Positions 36,376 to 45,511 of a stretch of 64,000 nt of DNA are shown here, in pieces; the stretch's first letter is position 1, and each line of letters starts with the position of its first letter. The notes below the pieces were generated by a model that saw nothing but the letters and a program-made list of their open reading frames with translations, searched no databases and was not told the origin of the DNA. A program made the position numbers and the translations under genes. The stretch is from Candidatus Poriferisocius sp. Lineage in GTDB: Bacteria > Actinomycetota > Acidimicrobiia > Acidimicrobiales > Bin134. The stretch lies in contig NZ_OZ241977.1 of the NCBI RefSeq assembly GCF_965204145.1, positions 2,114,840-2,178,839 on the forward strand. Reading direction: 5' to 3'.

Positions 36376-37323
36376 ATGAGGCTTTGGAACGACACGATCG
36401 ACGGATACCGCCCTGAAGCCCTTGCCCTTCTGGAGCACCTGCACTACACCGGCGACGACGACGCCGACCTGCCCGACGACCCGGTGGCCCGGACCCAGAT
36501 AATGCGGCAGAACTTGCTGTCCTTTGAGCCCGAACCGTCGTCGATGGCCGTCGAGTCGACCATTCCGGGACCGGCCGGTGAGATCCCGGTGAGGATGTTT
36601 GTGCCTGACGAGCCCAAGGCCATGTTCTTGCACATCCACGGCGGCGGTTGGATTCTGGGTCGGCCTAACATGTCCGACCCGGGCAACGAGGACATGGCCA
36701 AGCGCCACGGGCTGGCCGTTTTGTCGGTGGACTACCGGCTGGCCCCCGAGCACCCCTACCCCGCCGGACCGGACGACTGCGAGGCGGCCGCGGCCTGGCT
36801 GCTGGAGCACGGCCCCGAGCGCTGGGGCACCGACAAGATGTTCATCGGAGGCGAGTCGGCCGGCGGACATCTGGCCGCAGCCACGCTGCTGCGGATGCGG
36901 GACCGCCTCGGCGCCATCGACCAGGTGCTGGGGACCAACCTCGTGTTCGGCTGGTACGACTTGCGGGGCACCCCGTCGATCTTCGGCAACGGCGGCAACC
37001 CCGACATGCTGAGCCCGCCGGGGTTGCAGTTCATGATCGAGTCGTTCACACCGGGGATGTCCGACGCCGAGCGCCGTGACCCCGACGTGTCACCCCTGTT
37101 CGCCGACCTATCAGGCCTGCCCTCCTGCCTGGTGTCGGTGGGCACCTACGATCACCTCCTGGACGACTCTCTGTTCCTCGCCACCCGCCTAGCCGCCGCC
37201 GAATCCCCAGTGGAGCTGGCCGTCTACCCCGACTCCCCCCACGGCTTCATGGCCCTCCCCTCCGAAATGACCAAGACCCACGCCGCCCGCCTCAACACCT
37301 GGATCGCCTCGCTGATGCCCTGA
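36376..37323 (+). CDS. Alpha/beta hydrolase, hormone-sensitive-lipase-type esterase
   Basis: HGGG oxyanion motif (LHIHGGGWILG), nucleophile elbow GGESAGGHL, C-terminal DxL...H. Confidence 0.85.
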   Translation: MRLWNDTIDGYRPEALALLEHLHYTGDDDADLPDDPVARTQIMRQNLLSFEPEPSSMAVESTIPGPAGEIPVRMFVPDEPKAMFLHIHGGGWILGRPNMSDPGNEDMAKRHGLAVLSVDYRLAPEHPYPAGPDDCEAAAAWLLEHGPERWGTDKMFIGGESAGGHLAAATLLRMRDRLGAIDQVLGTNLVFGWYDLRGTPSIFGNGGNPDMLSPPGLQFMIESFTPGMSDAERRDPDVSPLFADLSGLPSCLVSVGTYDHLLDDSLFLATRLAAAESPVELAVYPDSPHGFMALPSEMTKTHAARLNTWIASLMP

Positions 37324-37329
37324 GGCCGA

Positions 37330-37545
37330 TCAGTCATCAAAATCCTCCCGGTCCAGCACCATGTCCCAGCGATCGCCGCAGTCCGAACAGCGGTAGGCCA
37401 CAGAGTCGCCGGGCTCGGGCGGATCATCCTCCGGCCAGTACGTGATCCGGTGGCACCACCCCCCACAGTCCACACACACGATCCGATCGGCAATCACCGT
37501 CTTCAGTGTGCCACCCCGGCCTGGCGACCCCATCGACTCCATCAA
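37330..37545 (-). CDS. Small zinc-ribbon protein (two CxxC pairs), coupled to the HNH gene
   Basis: CVDCGG...CSDCGD; the ATG overlaps the HNH stop (ATGA at 37542-37545). Confidence 0.45.
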   Translation of the reverse strand: MMESMGSPGRGGTLKTVIADRIVCVDCGGWCHRITYWPEDDPPEPGDSVAYRCSDCGDRWDMVLDREDFDD

Positions 37546-38459
37546 GAAGCTCTGAGAAACACCTCGAAGCGCTCGGCCAGCAAGTCTCGGTCTGGCTTGG
37601 CGGCCCGCCGCCGTGGCACGTGGAGAGGCGAGTCGTGCAAGCCTTGAATTGCGTGCCTCAAAGTCGGCCCATCCGAGTCATCCAATACATCAGGGCGAAT
37701 TTTGACTTGGTAGTCAGAGTTGATGCCGAGAAGGTGGCTGTCATATGCAGCATGGTGGATCTTGCACATTGAGATGCCGTTCGTGACTACTGGCTTACCT
37801 CCTTCAGAATCAGCCCTGATATGAGCAGCATCCAATAGCTCCGGGTATCGGAGACTGCATATTCCGCATTGCGACCCGTACGCGGTCAGTACCCGAGCCC
37901 GGAACAACGGCTGGTGCAGCCGCCTCTTCGCAACGTCCTCGGCATATTCCCGCAGCAAGGGGATGTCAGCCGCATCAGCTCCCGACCAGCGCTCTTGCTG
38001 CGCCTCATCTAATGCCACAACAAATTGGTGAAGCCCCGGCTCTTCGTCGACCAAAAAGACTGGGAAAATTGGCTTGTAGAGACCCACGGCAATTCCTACG
38101 AACCAAATCAGCGGGACTCCTTCCTCGAGAGCTACCCGCAAGGCTTGGTTGGTCCAGAGCAGAGGATCGGTTTTCTCCCACTTGTAACGCATGTATCCGT
38201 CGGCTCCGGAGTGATCGTCATAGGGGAGACTGGCCGAGTCTGCTCGATACGTCGTAGTGATAGACAAAGCAGCATCGAGGACTTTGGGCTTGTAGATGCC
38301 CCTTTGCCGATTCTTGAACAGGATCCGGCTTCCCTCGAAAGAAAACCCATCCTCAATATCACTCCACGTGACAACGCCACCGGAGGCATCGGACAGCAAG
38401 CGAAGCTTCGCGAAAGCTGCTGACCGTACACGTTCGTCCCACGCGGCATCAAAGGCCAC
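37542..38459 (-). CDS. SRA/YDG-like domain fused to HNH endonuclease (candidate type IV modification-dependent restriction enzyme)
   Basis: C-terminal HNH_2 pattern GSQCGICSLRYPELLDAAHIRADSEGG...NGISMCKIHHAAYD. The N-terminal RGIYKPKVLDAALSITTTYRADSASLPYDDHSGADGYMRYKW resembles the SRA GIxxP...ALSI...YxDD...G...Y layout. Lower GC than the flanks. GTG start. Confidence 0.7.
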   Translation of the reverse strand: MAFDAAWDERVRSAAFAKLRLLSDASGGVVTWSDIEDGFSFEGSRILFKNRQRGIYKPKVLDAALSITTTYRADSASLPYDDHSGADGYMRYKWEKTDPLLWTNQALRVALEEGVPLIWFVGIAVGLYKPIFPVFLVDEEPGLHQFVVALDEAQQERWSGADAADIPLLREYAEDVAKRRLHQPLFRARVLTAYGSQCGICSLRYPELLDAAHIRADSEGGKPVVTNGISMCKIHHAAYDSHLLGINSDYQVKIRPDVLDDSDGPTLRHAIQGLHDSPLHVPRRRAAKPDRDLLAERFEVFLRAS

Positions 38460-38500
38460 GTTGCCACCCTAGGACAAGAAGCGATCTTACGCTGGCGACG

Positions 38501-38626
38501 TCATGTTTCAGAGGCGCTCCGGAGGCTCTCCCATTCGTCGAGGAGGCTGGAGTCGGTGGTGCGGAGGTGATTGACGAATGCTTCGACCGGCGCGGTATGC
38601 ATCAGAGCGGCCATGGCAATGCCGGG
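38501..38626 (-). pseudogene. Displaced 3' fragment homologous to the DUF3516 helicase C-terminus (att-associated remnant)
   Basis: The minus-strand frame reads (stop)PGIAMAALMHTAPVEAFVNHLRTTDSSLLDEWESLRSASET(stop). The intact gene end at 47249 reads IPAAAVNDPLASLTAELHTLLRSTDSSLLDEWESLREG. Confidence 0.6.
38520..38567. repeat. Direct repeat copy A (47/48 identical to 47259-47306)
   Basis: cggaggctctcccattcgtcgaggaggctggagtcggtgg T gcggagg. 40 bp are identical, then 1 mismatch, then 7 bp identical. Confidence 0.95.
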
Positions 38627-38671
38627 CTACGAGGGGCCACCACAAATGTGAGCCAGCAGGAACAAATCACT

Positions 38672-41600
38672 ATGTTCCGCTTCGTGGCTGTGTCTGAGTA
38701 TGTGGTTTTCGACTTGGAAGCCAATGCCGACCAAGCCCATCCGCCGCAGCACGAGATTATCGAGATCGGCGCAGTTCTGATCCGCGACGGCGAGGAAACG
38801 GACCGGTTGCAGACCCTGGCTCGACCGGCGAGGCAGCTACGCCCTCAAACACAGGAAGTCACCGGGATCACCCAGGAGATGGTGAGTGATGCACCCCCTC
38901 TGGCCGAAGCCCTGCACTCCTTCCGCCGCTTCGCTGGCAACCGACCGCTGATTGCTCACAACGGGTTTGGATACGATTTCACGCTTCTTGACGCCTCGAA
39001 TCTGCCGATCCCCGACGGCCAGCGCCTCGACAGCTTAGAACTGGCCCATGTCGTTTTTCCGCGAGCCGGCAAAGGCATCAGCAGCAATGTAGATAATGGA
39101 ATACCACCCAAGGGACGAAGCCTGGACGAGCTGGCTAGGCACTTCTTCGGCGATCAGCCCCGCGGCCACCACCGGGCCTTGGACGATGCGCTGCTGCTGC
39201 ATCGAGTCCTAAAGCGGCTGCTGGATGCCATGGAAGACGATACGCCCATGCGCTGTCTTCAACGGTGGATCTTGAACGCTGGTGACCACCCGTGGGCTTC
39301 ATTCCTGTCGCCCCAATCTGCACGCACTCCCCTAGCAGACGTCGTGCCGCTTCCCGAACCCCCGCAGCCGCGACCATCAGCAACACAATTCAGGCCTGAT
39401 GCCGTTACTGAGATGTTCCAAGCAGGCGGCACGTTGATGGGTCAAGCCCGTGAGCCCCGCAAACAGCAAACCGAGATGGCTGAGCTCATTGCCCATACGC
39501 TCGATCAGGGAGGTCGCCGCCTGATCGAGGCCCCCACCGGAACGGGCAAGACCCTGGCCTACCTCACTCCCGCCATTGCATACGGACAAGCCGCCCAAAA
39601 GCCCGTGGTCGTGGCCCCCCATTCGAAGGTGCTCCAAGACCAGGTGATGACCACTTTGGAAGAACTCCAGAAAGACATCGGTCCGTTTACCCACGTCCTG
39701 CTCAAGGGAATGGCCAACTACATCAGCCTGGACTCACTCGACGGAGAATTGGACACCTTGGCCTCGGCTAACACCGCTCCCGACGAAAGGGACGGCATCT
39801 CCCCCTCTGCCCCCTTCAGCTATTCCGAGATATTGGTCCTCGCCATTCTCTGCGGCTGGGTGGCGCAAACCAGAACGGGCGACTGGGACGACCTTCGCAC
39901 CGGCGCCATTGAGAAGAGGATTCCCGAACTGCGCCGCATCCGCCGCCTACTCAGCGTGGCCGAAGCGCCGGGCGGACCGGCCGGGTCGCCGCTCGAAAAG
40001 CGGGATTTCTTTCGCCGAGCCCGCGATCTTTTGCCTCGCGCCGATGTGGCTGTGCTCAACCATGCCCTGCTGGTGACGTGGGACGACTGGCTGCACCATT
40101 CCAAGCACCTGATTCTGGATGAGGCCCACAACCTGGAAGACGCCGCCACCGACGCTCTCTCCGACGAGGTGTCTCAAGACGACATCGCTGATTTATGCAA
40201 TTCCGTCTGGGATCCTTCGAGCCGCAGTGGGATGGCGGCCAGCCTCGCCCGAGCAGCCAGGTGGCCAATCGGCGCTGAGCCTCTGAGCGCCATTTTGCGG
40301 GCAACCGAGGAGATCCAGTCGGCATCAGCCCAATTCGGCCCAGCCCTGGTTCACTACCTGAGAATCCGAACCGGGGCCGGACAAGAAGACGCATACCCGG
40401 TGTCATACCGAATCAAGCGGGGTGCCGACACCCGACACCCCGACTACGAGGGGCCGGTGCTGGGTACCGGCGGCCGCCTTCAAGACGCCTTGATCAAACT
40501 GGCCGACGCATTCAACGACGTGAACCTGCCCGATGAGTTAACGCCCGGCTATAGGCGCCACCGCTTGGAGGCCCGGATCGGCCGGTTGGGAACACAGGTT
40601 AGGGACACGGCGAGAAGCATCGGCCATGTGCTGTGGGCTACTGACAACGAAGAATGGATCGCCATCGGCGGAACCCATCACACCGAGCACGGCTGGAGAT
40701 GGGAGTTGAAACGCGCCCCTATCTCCGTGGCCGACTATCTGCGTTCGCTGTGGGACTCACTAGACACCGCCGTACTCACCTCGGCCACGCTGAGAGTGGG
40801 AAACAGCTTCGGCTACATCCTCGACACCCTGGGTTTGCGCCGCGGCGCCGAAACCAGCGCTCTCGACAGCCCCTTTGCCTGGTTGTCCGACAACCACATG
40901 GTGCTGCGAACCGACTACCTGCCCGCTCCCCGCTCAAGACTGATGGAGGAGTTCAAGACATCGGCGGCCTCGGAGATCCCCCGGCTGCTGACCCTTACCG
41001 GCGGGCGGGGGCTTGTCCTCATGGCTGCTCGGTCCCGAATGGAGTTCGTGCGGGATCATGCCCGTCCGGTGCTCGACAGCGAGCAGCTTCCGCTGCTGGC
41101 CCAAGGCGATGACACTGCACCCGCTCTGGTAGAGCGAATGCGGGCCGAGTTGGCCTCAAGCTTGATCGCGCTGCGCTCCTTCTGGGAGGGGGTCGACATT
41201 CCCGGTGAAGCCCTGAGCCTTTTGGTGATCGAAAAAGTCCCCTTCGACTCACCCGCCGATCCTGTGGTTGGGGCGCGAACAGAGCTGATGGAACGTCGCG
41301 GCAAGGATCCGTTTGCCGACTACATCGTGCCCAAAGCGGCCATTCGCTTCGCCCAAGGCGCTGGCCGCCTGATCCGCACCGAGCACGACCGTGGGGTCAC
41401 AGTGATTTTGGATAACCGACTGTGTCGAGCCGTCCCCTATCGAGACCAGATCCTCGGCACCCTCCCCGGCCCCCCTCGACTGGAGCGGGCCAACCACGCT
41501 GAAGACGCCTATCAGCTCATCGCCGACCATCTCGGAGATGTGGTTTTCGATGAGGCGATGCGCCAGCGGCTCCAGGCACTGCCCAGTGCCGACCCGTGGT

Positions 41601-43696
41601 CAGAGTTGGACGACCTGGAACTCTCCGAGGCTGACCTCGCCGACGAGGATGTGATCGACCAGCGCCTCGAACAAGTTCGAGAGCGCTTCGGGTTCGCGCA
41701 GTGGCGGCCTGGCCAGCGAGACACCATGCTCCGCTTTATGCGGGGCGACGATGTGCTGGCGGTGCTTCCCACCGGGTCGGGCAAGTCGGTCACCTTTCAA
41801 ATCCCGGCCCTGCTATCTCCTGGCGTGACCCTGGTGATCTCCCCCTTGGTCGCGCTGATGAACGACCAAGCCGAGAACCTCCGGGCCAGGGGCGTGGTCA
41901 AGGTAGCCGCCATTCACAGCGGCATCCCCCAAGGGGAGTGGCGAGAAATACTGCGAGGGGCCGGTCAGGGCCACTACAAGCTGCTCTATGTCAGCCCCGA
42001 GCGGCTCTGGTCCCAAGAGTTCGTGGCCGAGCTGTCCAAAATCGGGGTGGCCCGGATCGCGGTCGATGAAGCCCACTGCATTTCCCAATGGGGCCATTCC
42101 TTCCGACCGGAGTATGCCGCCATCCCCGAGGCCATCAAGCGGATCGCCGAGCATCCCCGACCTCCGATCTTGGCCGTCACCGCCACCGCCACTCCAAGGG
42201 TGCAAGAGGAGATCGCCGATCTTCTCGAATTAGACCTGCAAGGCAAACCCATTGTCCTTTCGCCTGATCGACCGGAGATCCGCTACTACACCGAGCACTG
42301 CGACAATGGCCGCGACCGCGACCTGCGGGTAGTTCAGATCGTGGAGGCGTTCCGCCTCCAACCCGCAATCGTCTATGTGCCCACCCGTAGACAGGCCGCT
42401 GCCATCACCAATCTGCTCCGTTCAGCTGGCCACAACGCCTTCGCCTACCACGGAGGCATGGATCACCCGCAGCGACAGCACATCGAGGACGCTTTCCGCC
42501 ACGGCGAGATCGACGTTGTGGTAGCCACCAAAGCATTCGGCATGGGGATCGACAAGCCCGACATCTCCCTGATCGTCCACCTGGAGATGCCCGCCTCCAT
42601 CGAGGAATACGTGCAGGAAACCGGTCGGGCGGCTCGGGGCGCCGCTACAGGAACGGGACCGGACACCGGCACCGCGGTCCTGTTGACCATGCCACGGGAT
42701 TGCTCAGTCCACCGGATATTCATCAAAAGCTCGGCACCCCGCATCGAGCAAGTGAAGCGGATCTGGTCGCAACTGACGATGGGCACCCACGCCTACGACC
42801 CGGAGGAACTGGCCGAAAGGGGCTATGACGGCGACCCTGAGTCGGTCAGCACTGCTCTGGCTGTCCACTATCTCCAAGAAGCTGGCGCGGTCCAACGGCA
42901 CCCAGACACCATCTGGAAAGGTCGGATCGCAGTTGTGGGAGACACCGAGCGCCTGGTCGAAGAGCTGGAAAGAGAGGATCTGGAATTGGCTCAGCGGGCT
43001 CGGCGCATCCTGGCTCTGGTCGAACAGCAGGAGGGCGATGAGTACTACGCACCAACCTGGGCTCAGAATCTGACCCAAAAGCCCTGGGACATTGCTGCCG
43101 ACCTTTTGGAGCTGAACAAACGGGACATCTTGGGCTTCACCGCCTGGAAATACGCTTGGGTGTTGGAGTTGCTCGACACCGATCCCCCGTGGGCGGATAT
43201 CGAGCGGTCAGCCGAAGACCGCAGGCGCTTGACAGAAGAAAAGTCCAACGATGCGAAGGACCTGGCCCATTCCTCCAACGGATGCCGGCGAAAGAAGATG
43301 CTCGAGTATTTGGGGACAGAGGCACCCGAGTCCTGCGAACAGTGCGATCTATGCGTTGAACTTCCCAGGCCATGGGCCGATAGCCACCTGACTCGAGAGG
43401 GCCTCCTCGAATCACTGCCGGTCAACGCCATCATCACAGAGCTGGTACAAAGCACCGCCGGAGCGCGCTACTCGCGCCAGCGCATCGTCAACACTCTGGC
43501 CGGACAGAGCGGCGGCCAATACGAACTCCCCGAGCGCTTGGCTAAACATCCTGCCTTTGGGAGGTTGGCCTTCCTCAACCGAGAAGGAGTCGAGAAGGCC
43601 GTCAACAAGCTGATTGAAGACAAGATCCTCAACAAGCGGCAGGGAAAATTGGAAGGAACCCGATACCAGTATCTGGAGATCGCCGAACAAGACTGA
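38672..43696 (+). CDS. Triple-fusion protein: DnaQ-like DEDDh 3'-5' exonuclease + DinG/Rad3-type SF2 helicase (no Fe-S Cys cluster) + RecQ-family helicase with Zn-binding/RQC region
   Basis: Exonuclease: VVFDLEAN, IAHNGFGYDFTLL, HHRALDDA. DinG: IEAPTGTGKTLAYL, LILDEAHNLED (40118), VLTSATL, FWEGVDIPGEAL, QGAGRLIR. RecQ: FGFAQWRPGQRD, LPTGSGKS, DEAHCISQWGHSFRPEY (42064), VTATAT, ATKAFGMGIDKPD, QETGRAARG, CRRKKMLEYLG...CEQCDLC. Start set to ATG 38672 (MFRFVAVSEYVVFDLEA). Confidence 0.85.
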   Translation: MFRFVAVSEYVVFDLEANADQAHPPQHEIIEIGAVLIRDGEETDRLQTLARPARQLRPQTQEVTGITQEMVSDAPPLAEALHSFRRFAGNRPLIAHNGFGYDFTLLDASNLPIPDGQRLDSLELAHVVFPRAGKGISSNVDNGIPPKGRSLDELARHFFGDQPRGHHRALDDALLLHRVLKRLLDAMEDDTPMRCLQRWILNAGDHPWASFLSPQSARTPLADVVPLPEPPQPRPSATQFRPDAVTEMFQAGGTLMGQAREPRKQQTEMAELIAHTLDQGGRRLIEAPTGTGKTLAYLTPAIAYGQAAQKPVVVAPHSKVLQDQVMTTLEELQKDIGPFTHVLLKGMANYISLDSLDGELDTLASANTAPDERDGISPSAPFSYSEILVLAILCGWVAQTRTGDWDDLRTGAIEKRIPELRRIRRLLSVAEAPGGPAGSPLEKRDFFRRARDLLPRADVAVLNHALLVTWDDWLHHSKHLILDEAHNLEDAATDALSDEVSQDDIADLCNSVWDPSSRSGMAASLARAARWPIGAEPLSAILRATEEIQSASAQFGPALVHYLRIRTGAGQEDAYPVSYRIKRGADTRHPDYEGPVLGTGGRLQDALIKLADAFNDVNLPDELTPGYRRHRLEARIGRLGTQVRDTARSIGHVLWATDNEEWIAIGGTHHTEHGWRWELKRAPISVADYLRSLWDSLDTAVLTSATLRVGNSFGYILDTLGLRRGAETSALDSPFAWLSDNHMVLRTDYLPAPRSRLMEEFKTSAASEIPRLLTLTGGRGLVLMAARSRMEFVRDHARPVLDSEQLPLLAQGDDTAPALVERMRAELASSLIALRSFWEGVDIPGEALSLLVIEKVPFDSPADPVVGARTELMERRGKDPFADYIVPKAAIRFAQGAGRLIRTEHDRGVTVILDNRLCRAVPYRDQILGTLPGPPRLERANHAEDAYQLIADHLGDVVFDEAMRQRLQALPSADPWSELDDLELSEADLADEDVIDQRLEQVRERFGFAQWRPGQRDTMLRFMRGDDVLAVLPTGSGKSVTFQIPALLSPGVTLVISPLVALMNDQAENLRARGVVKVAAIHSGIPQGEWREILRGAGQGHYKLLYVSPERLWSQEFVAELSKIGVARIAVDEAHCISQWGHSFRPEYAAIPEAIKRIAEHPRPPILAVTATATPRVQEEIADLLELDLQGKPIVLSPDRPEIRYYTEHCDNGRDRDLRVVQIVEAFRLQPAIVYVPTRRQAAAITNLLRSAGHNAFAYHGGMDHPQRQHIEDAFRHGEIDVVVATKAFGMGIDKPDISLIVHLEMPASIEEYVQETGRAARGAATGTGPDTGTAVLLTMPRDCSVHRIFIKSSAPRIEQVKRIWSQLTMGTHAYDPEELAERGYDGDPESVSTALAVHYLQEAGAVQRHPDTIWKGRIAVVGDTERLVEELEREDLELAQRARRILALVEQQEGDEYYAPTWAQNLTQKPWDIAADLLELNKRDILGFTAWKYAWVLELLDTDPPWADIERSAEDRRRLTEEKSNDAKDLAHSSNGCRRKKMLEYLGTEAPESCEQCDLCVELPRPWADSHLTREGLLESLPVNAIITELVQSTAGARYSRQRIVNTLAGQSGGQYELPERLAKHPAFGRLAFLNREGVEKAVNKLIEDKILNKRQGKLEGTRYQYLEIAEQD

Positions 43697-43725
43697 AATT
43701 TGCTTGAAGTGTAGGTTGGCACGCT

Positions 43726-45501
43726 GTGGCCAGCCTGATTCCCGAGAATATTCCCAGCCGAAACGACATACCCGAAAGGCTCAAGACCGCCGCCCGCCTG
43801 CTGCGCGACGCGACACCCCACGATGTGGTGGTATCACTTGAGCGTACTGGCGACGACACCGCCTCAGCGCAGCGGCGCGATCTTGGGTACGAAGCTTCTG
43901 ACACCAGCAGCGAGTCAGTCCCCTATTTGGTCGTGTTCGACCCGGCCGCGGGCATATTGGTGCTGGAATCCCCCACGCTCCGACCTCTTGGCGCCAACAA
44001 GCGGAGCCGCTTTCGCCGCCAGCCGCGCGTTGACCTCGACCAGGCTCAACAGGCCATCATCGCCAGGGTCATCGGATTGCAACACAGGATCAGGTCGCTG
44101 TTCGTCGCTCGGGCGCTGGCATTGCCTGATGTTCGCCGCGACCAGCCCCTGTCTTTGGCCGACGACAATGTGCCCCGGCTTCATTCAGAAGATTTCCATG
44201 AAGACACCCTGCTGGCAGCCATCCGGCAGATACTCGGCGGGCAACGGCCTCCGCTCAACAACCAGGGCCAAGCACGGGTACGAGCCGAGATCAATCCCAA
44301 GATCGTGATCGGTCGGCAGGGTCAGATGTTCGACACCGGTCCCCAGACATCTGAAGAGATGATTCGGGTTTTGGATCTGACCCAAGAGCGCCTAGCAGAG
44401 CACCTCGGACCCGGCTACCGCCTCATCCGAGGAGTGGCCGGAAGCGGCAAGACCCTGGTCCTCACCCACCGAGCCCGCTATATCGGCGAGAACATGCCCC
44501 GCTGGCGCATCCTACTGGTGTGTTACAACATCGCTCTCGCACAGGCCCTCGAAGCAGAGCTTGAAAATGTGGAGAACGTGACGGTGTCCACCGTCGATTC
44601 CCTGGCCAGCAGGGTCATCCGCCAAGCTGGACGCACGCCTGCACAAGGCCGCGACGATGATGCGTTCCAAGCCCGGCGCAAACAAGCGATCGCCGCGGCC
44701 AGCATCCTCCCACCGGCTAAGAGGTATGACATGGTGCTTGTGGATGAGGCCCAAGATCTGGGCAATTCTGGACTCGACCTCTCGTGGGCCATGGGCAGAC
44801 ACGAACTCGCGGTGGAGCTGCGGCACTTCATCATCGCCTTGGACAGCGCGCAGAACGTCTACCGACGCAAGATGAACTGGAATCCACCGGGTGTGACCGC
44901 CCGGGGCCGGTCGACCATTCTCCGAGAGAACTACCGCAACACGAAGGAAACGCTCGACTTTGCGTTGGGAGCGATTGCGGGAATCGGCCAGCCCAGCGCG
45001 AACCAGGCATCTCCAGATGATCTAGACACCTTGGTCATGCCCGAGGCCGCACTGCGCCATGGTAAGCCCCCGGTTCTTTTGGAGTGCCCCGATTTGAGAA
45101 CCGAGGCTGAGACGCTGACAGAGAAAACAGCCGAATTTCTCCGCAACGGGGCCACACCTGACGACATCGTCATCATGTCGGGGTCGAAAGAGTTGCGGAT
45201 CACCTTGCAGCGAACACTGAGAGCAGAGCGAATTCCAGCACTCGACGCACAGCAGGAGCGGGACCAAGTGGTGTCGATGCGCGGCAGCGTACGGGTGGCC
45301 ACCCTCCAGCTACTGAAGGGACTCGAATACCCTCATGTTCTCATCGGCGGTGTCAACGACATTTGGACAAGAAACGACGACGATGACGAGACCCGTCAAC
45401 GACTTCTTTACGTTGCCATGACCAGGGCGACCGAAACGCTGACCGTCACCTATTCCGGCGATGGCCCGATGGGTCGTTTGCTCCAGGCGGCCCGCCGCTG
45501 A
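43726..45501 (+). CDS. UvrD/Rep-like SF1 helicase with degenerate N-terminal NERD/PD-(D/E)xK-like head
   Basis: GVAGSGKTLVL (Walker A), MVLVDEAQDL (Walker B), ENYRNTKE, LKGLEYPHVLIGG, LLYVAMTRATETL. The N-terminus MASLIPENIPS...PYLVVFDPAAGILVLESP resembles the nuclease head of this class, but the E-x-K lysine is replaced (ESP). GTG start 30 nt after the fusion gene. Confidence 0.8.
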   Translation: MASLIPENIPSRNDIPERLKTAARLLRDATPHDVVVSLERTGDDTASAQRRDLGYEASDTSSESVPYLVVFDPAAGILVLESPTLRPLGANKRSRFRRQPRVDLDQAQQAIIARVIGLQHRIRSLFVARALALPDVRRDQPLSLADDNVPRLHSEDFHEDTLLAAIRQILGGQRPPLNNQGQARVRAEINPKIVIGRQGQMFDTGPQTSEEMIRVLDLTQERLAEHLGPGYRLIRGVAGSGKTLVLTHRARYIGENMPRWRILLVCYNIALAQALEAELENVENVTVSTVDSLASRVIRQAGRTPAQGRDDDAFQARRKQAIAAASILPPAKRYDMVLVDEAQDLGNSGLDLSWAMGRHELAVELRHFIIALDSAQNVYRRKMNWNPPGVTARGRSTILRENYRNTKETLDFALGAIAGIGQPSANQASPDDLDTLVMPEAALRHGKPPVLLECPDLRTEAETLTEKTAEFLRNGATPDDIVIMSGSKELRITLQRTLRAERIPALDAQQERDQVVSMRGSVRVATLQLLKGLEYPHVLIGGVNDIWTRNDDDDETRQRLLYVAMTRATETLTVTYSGDGPMGRLLQAARR

Positions 45502-45511
45502 AGAGCGCAAG

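Noticed and set aside
38567-38671. Track start (GTG 38567) for the giant fusion gene
   Set aside because: The first 35 codons overlap the direct repeat and the antisense helicase-gene remnant and have no exonuclease similarity. ATG 38672 precedes the Exo I motif at a normal distance.
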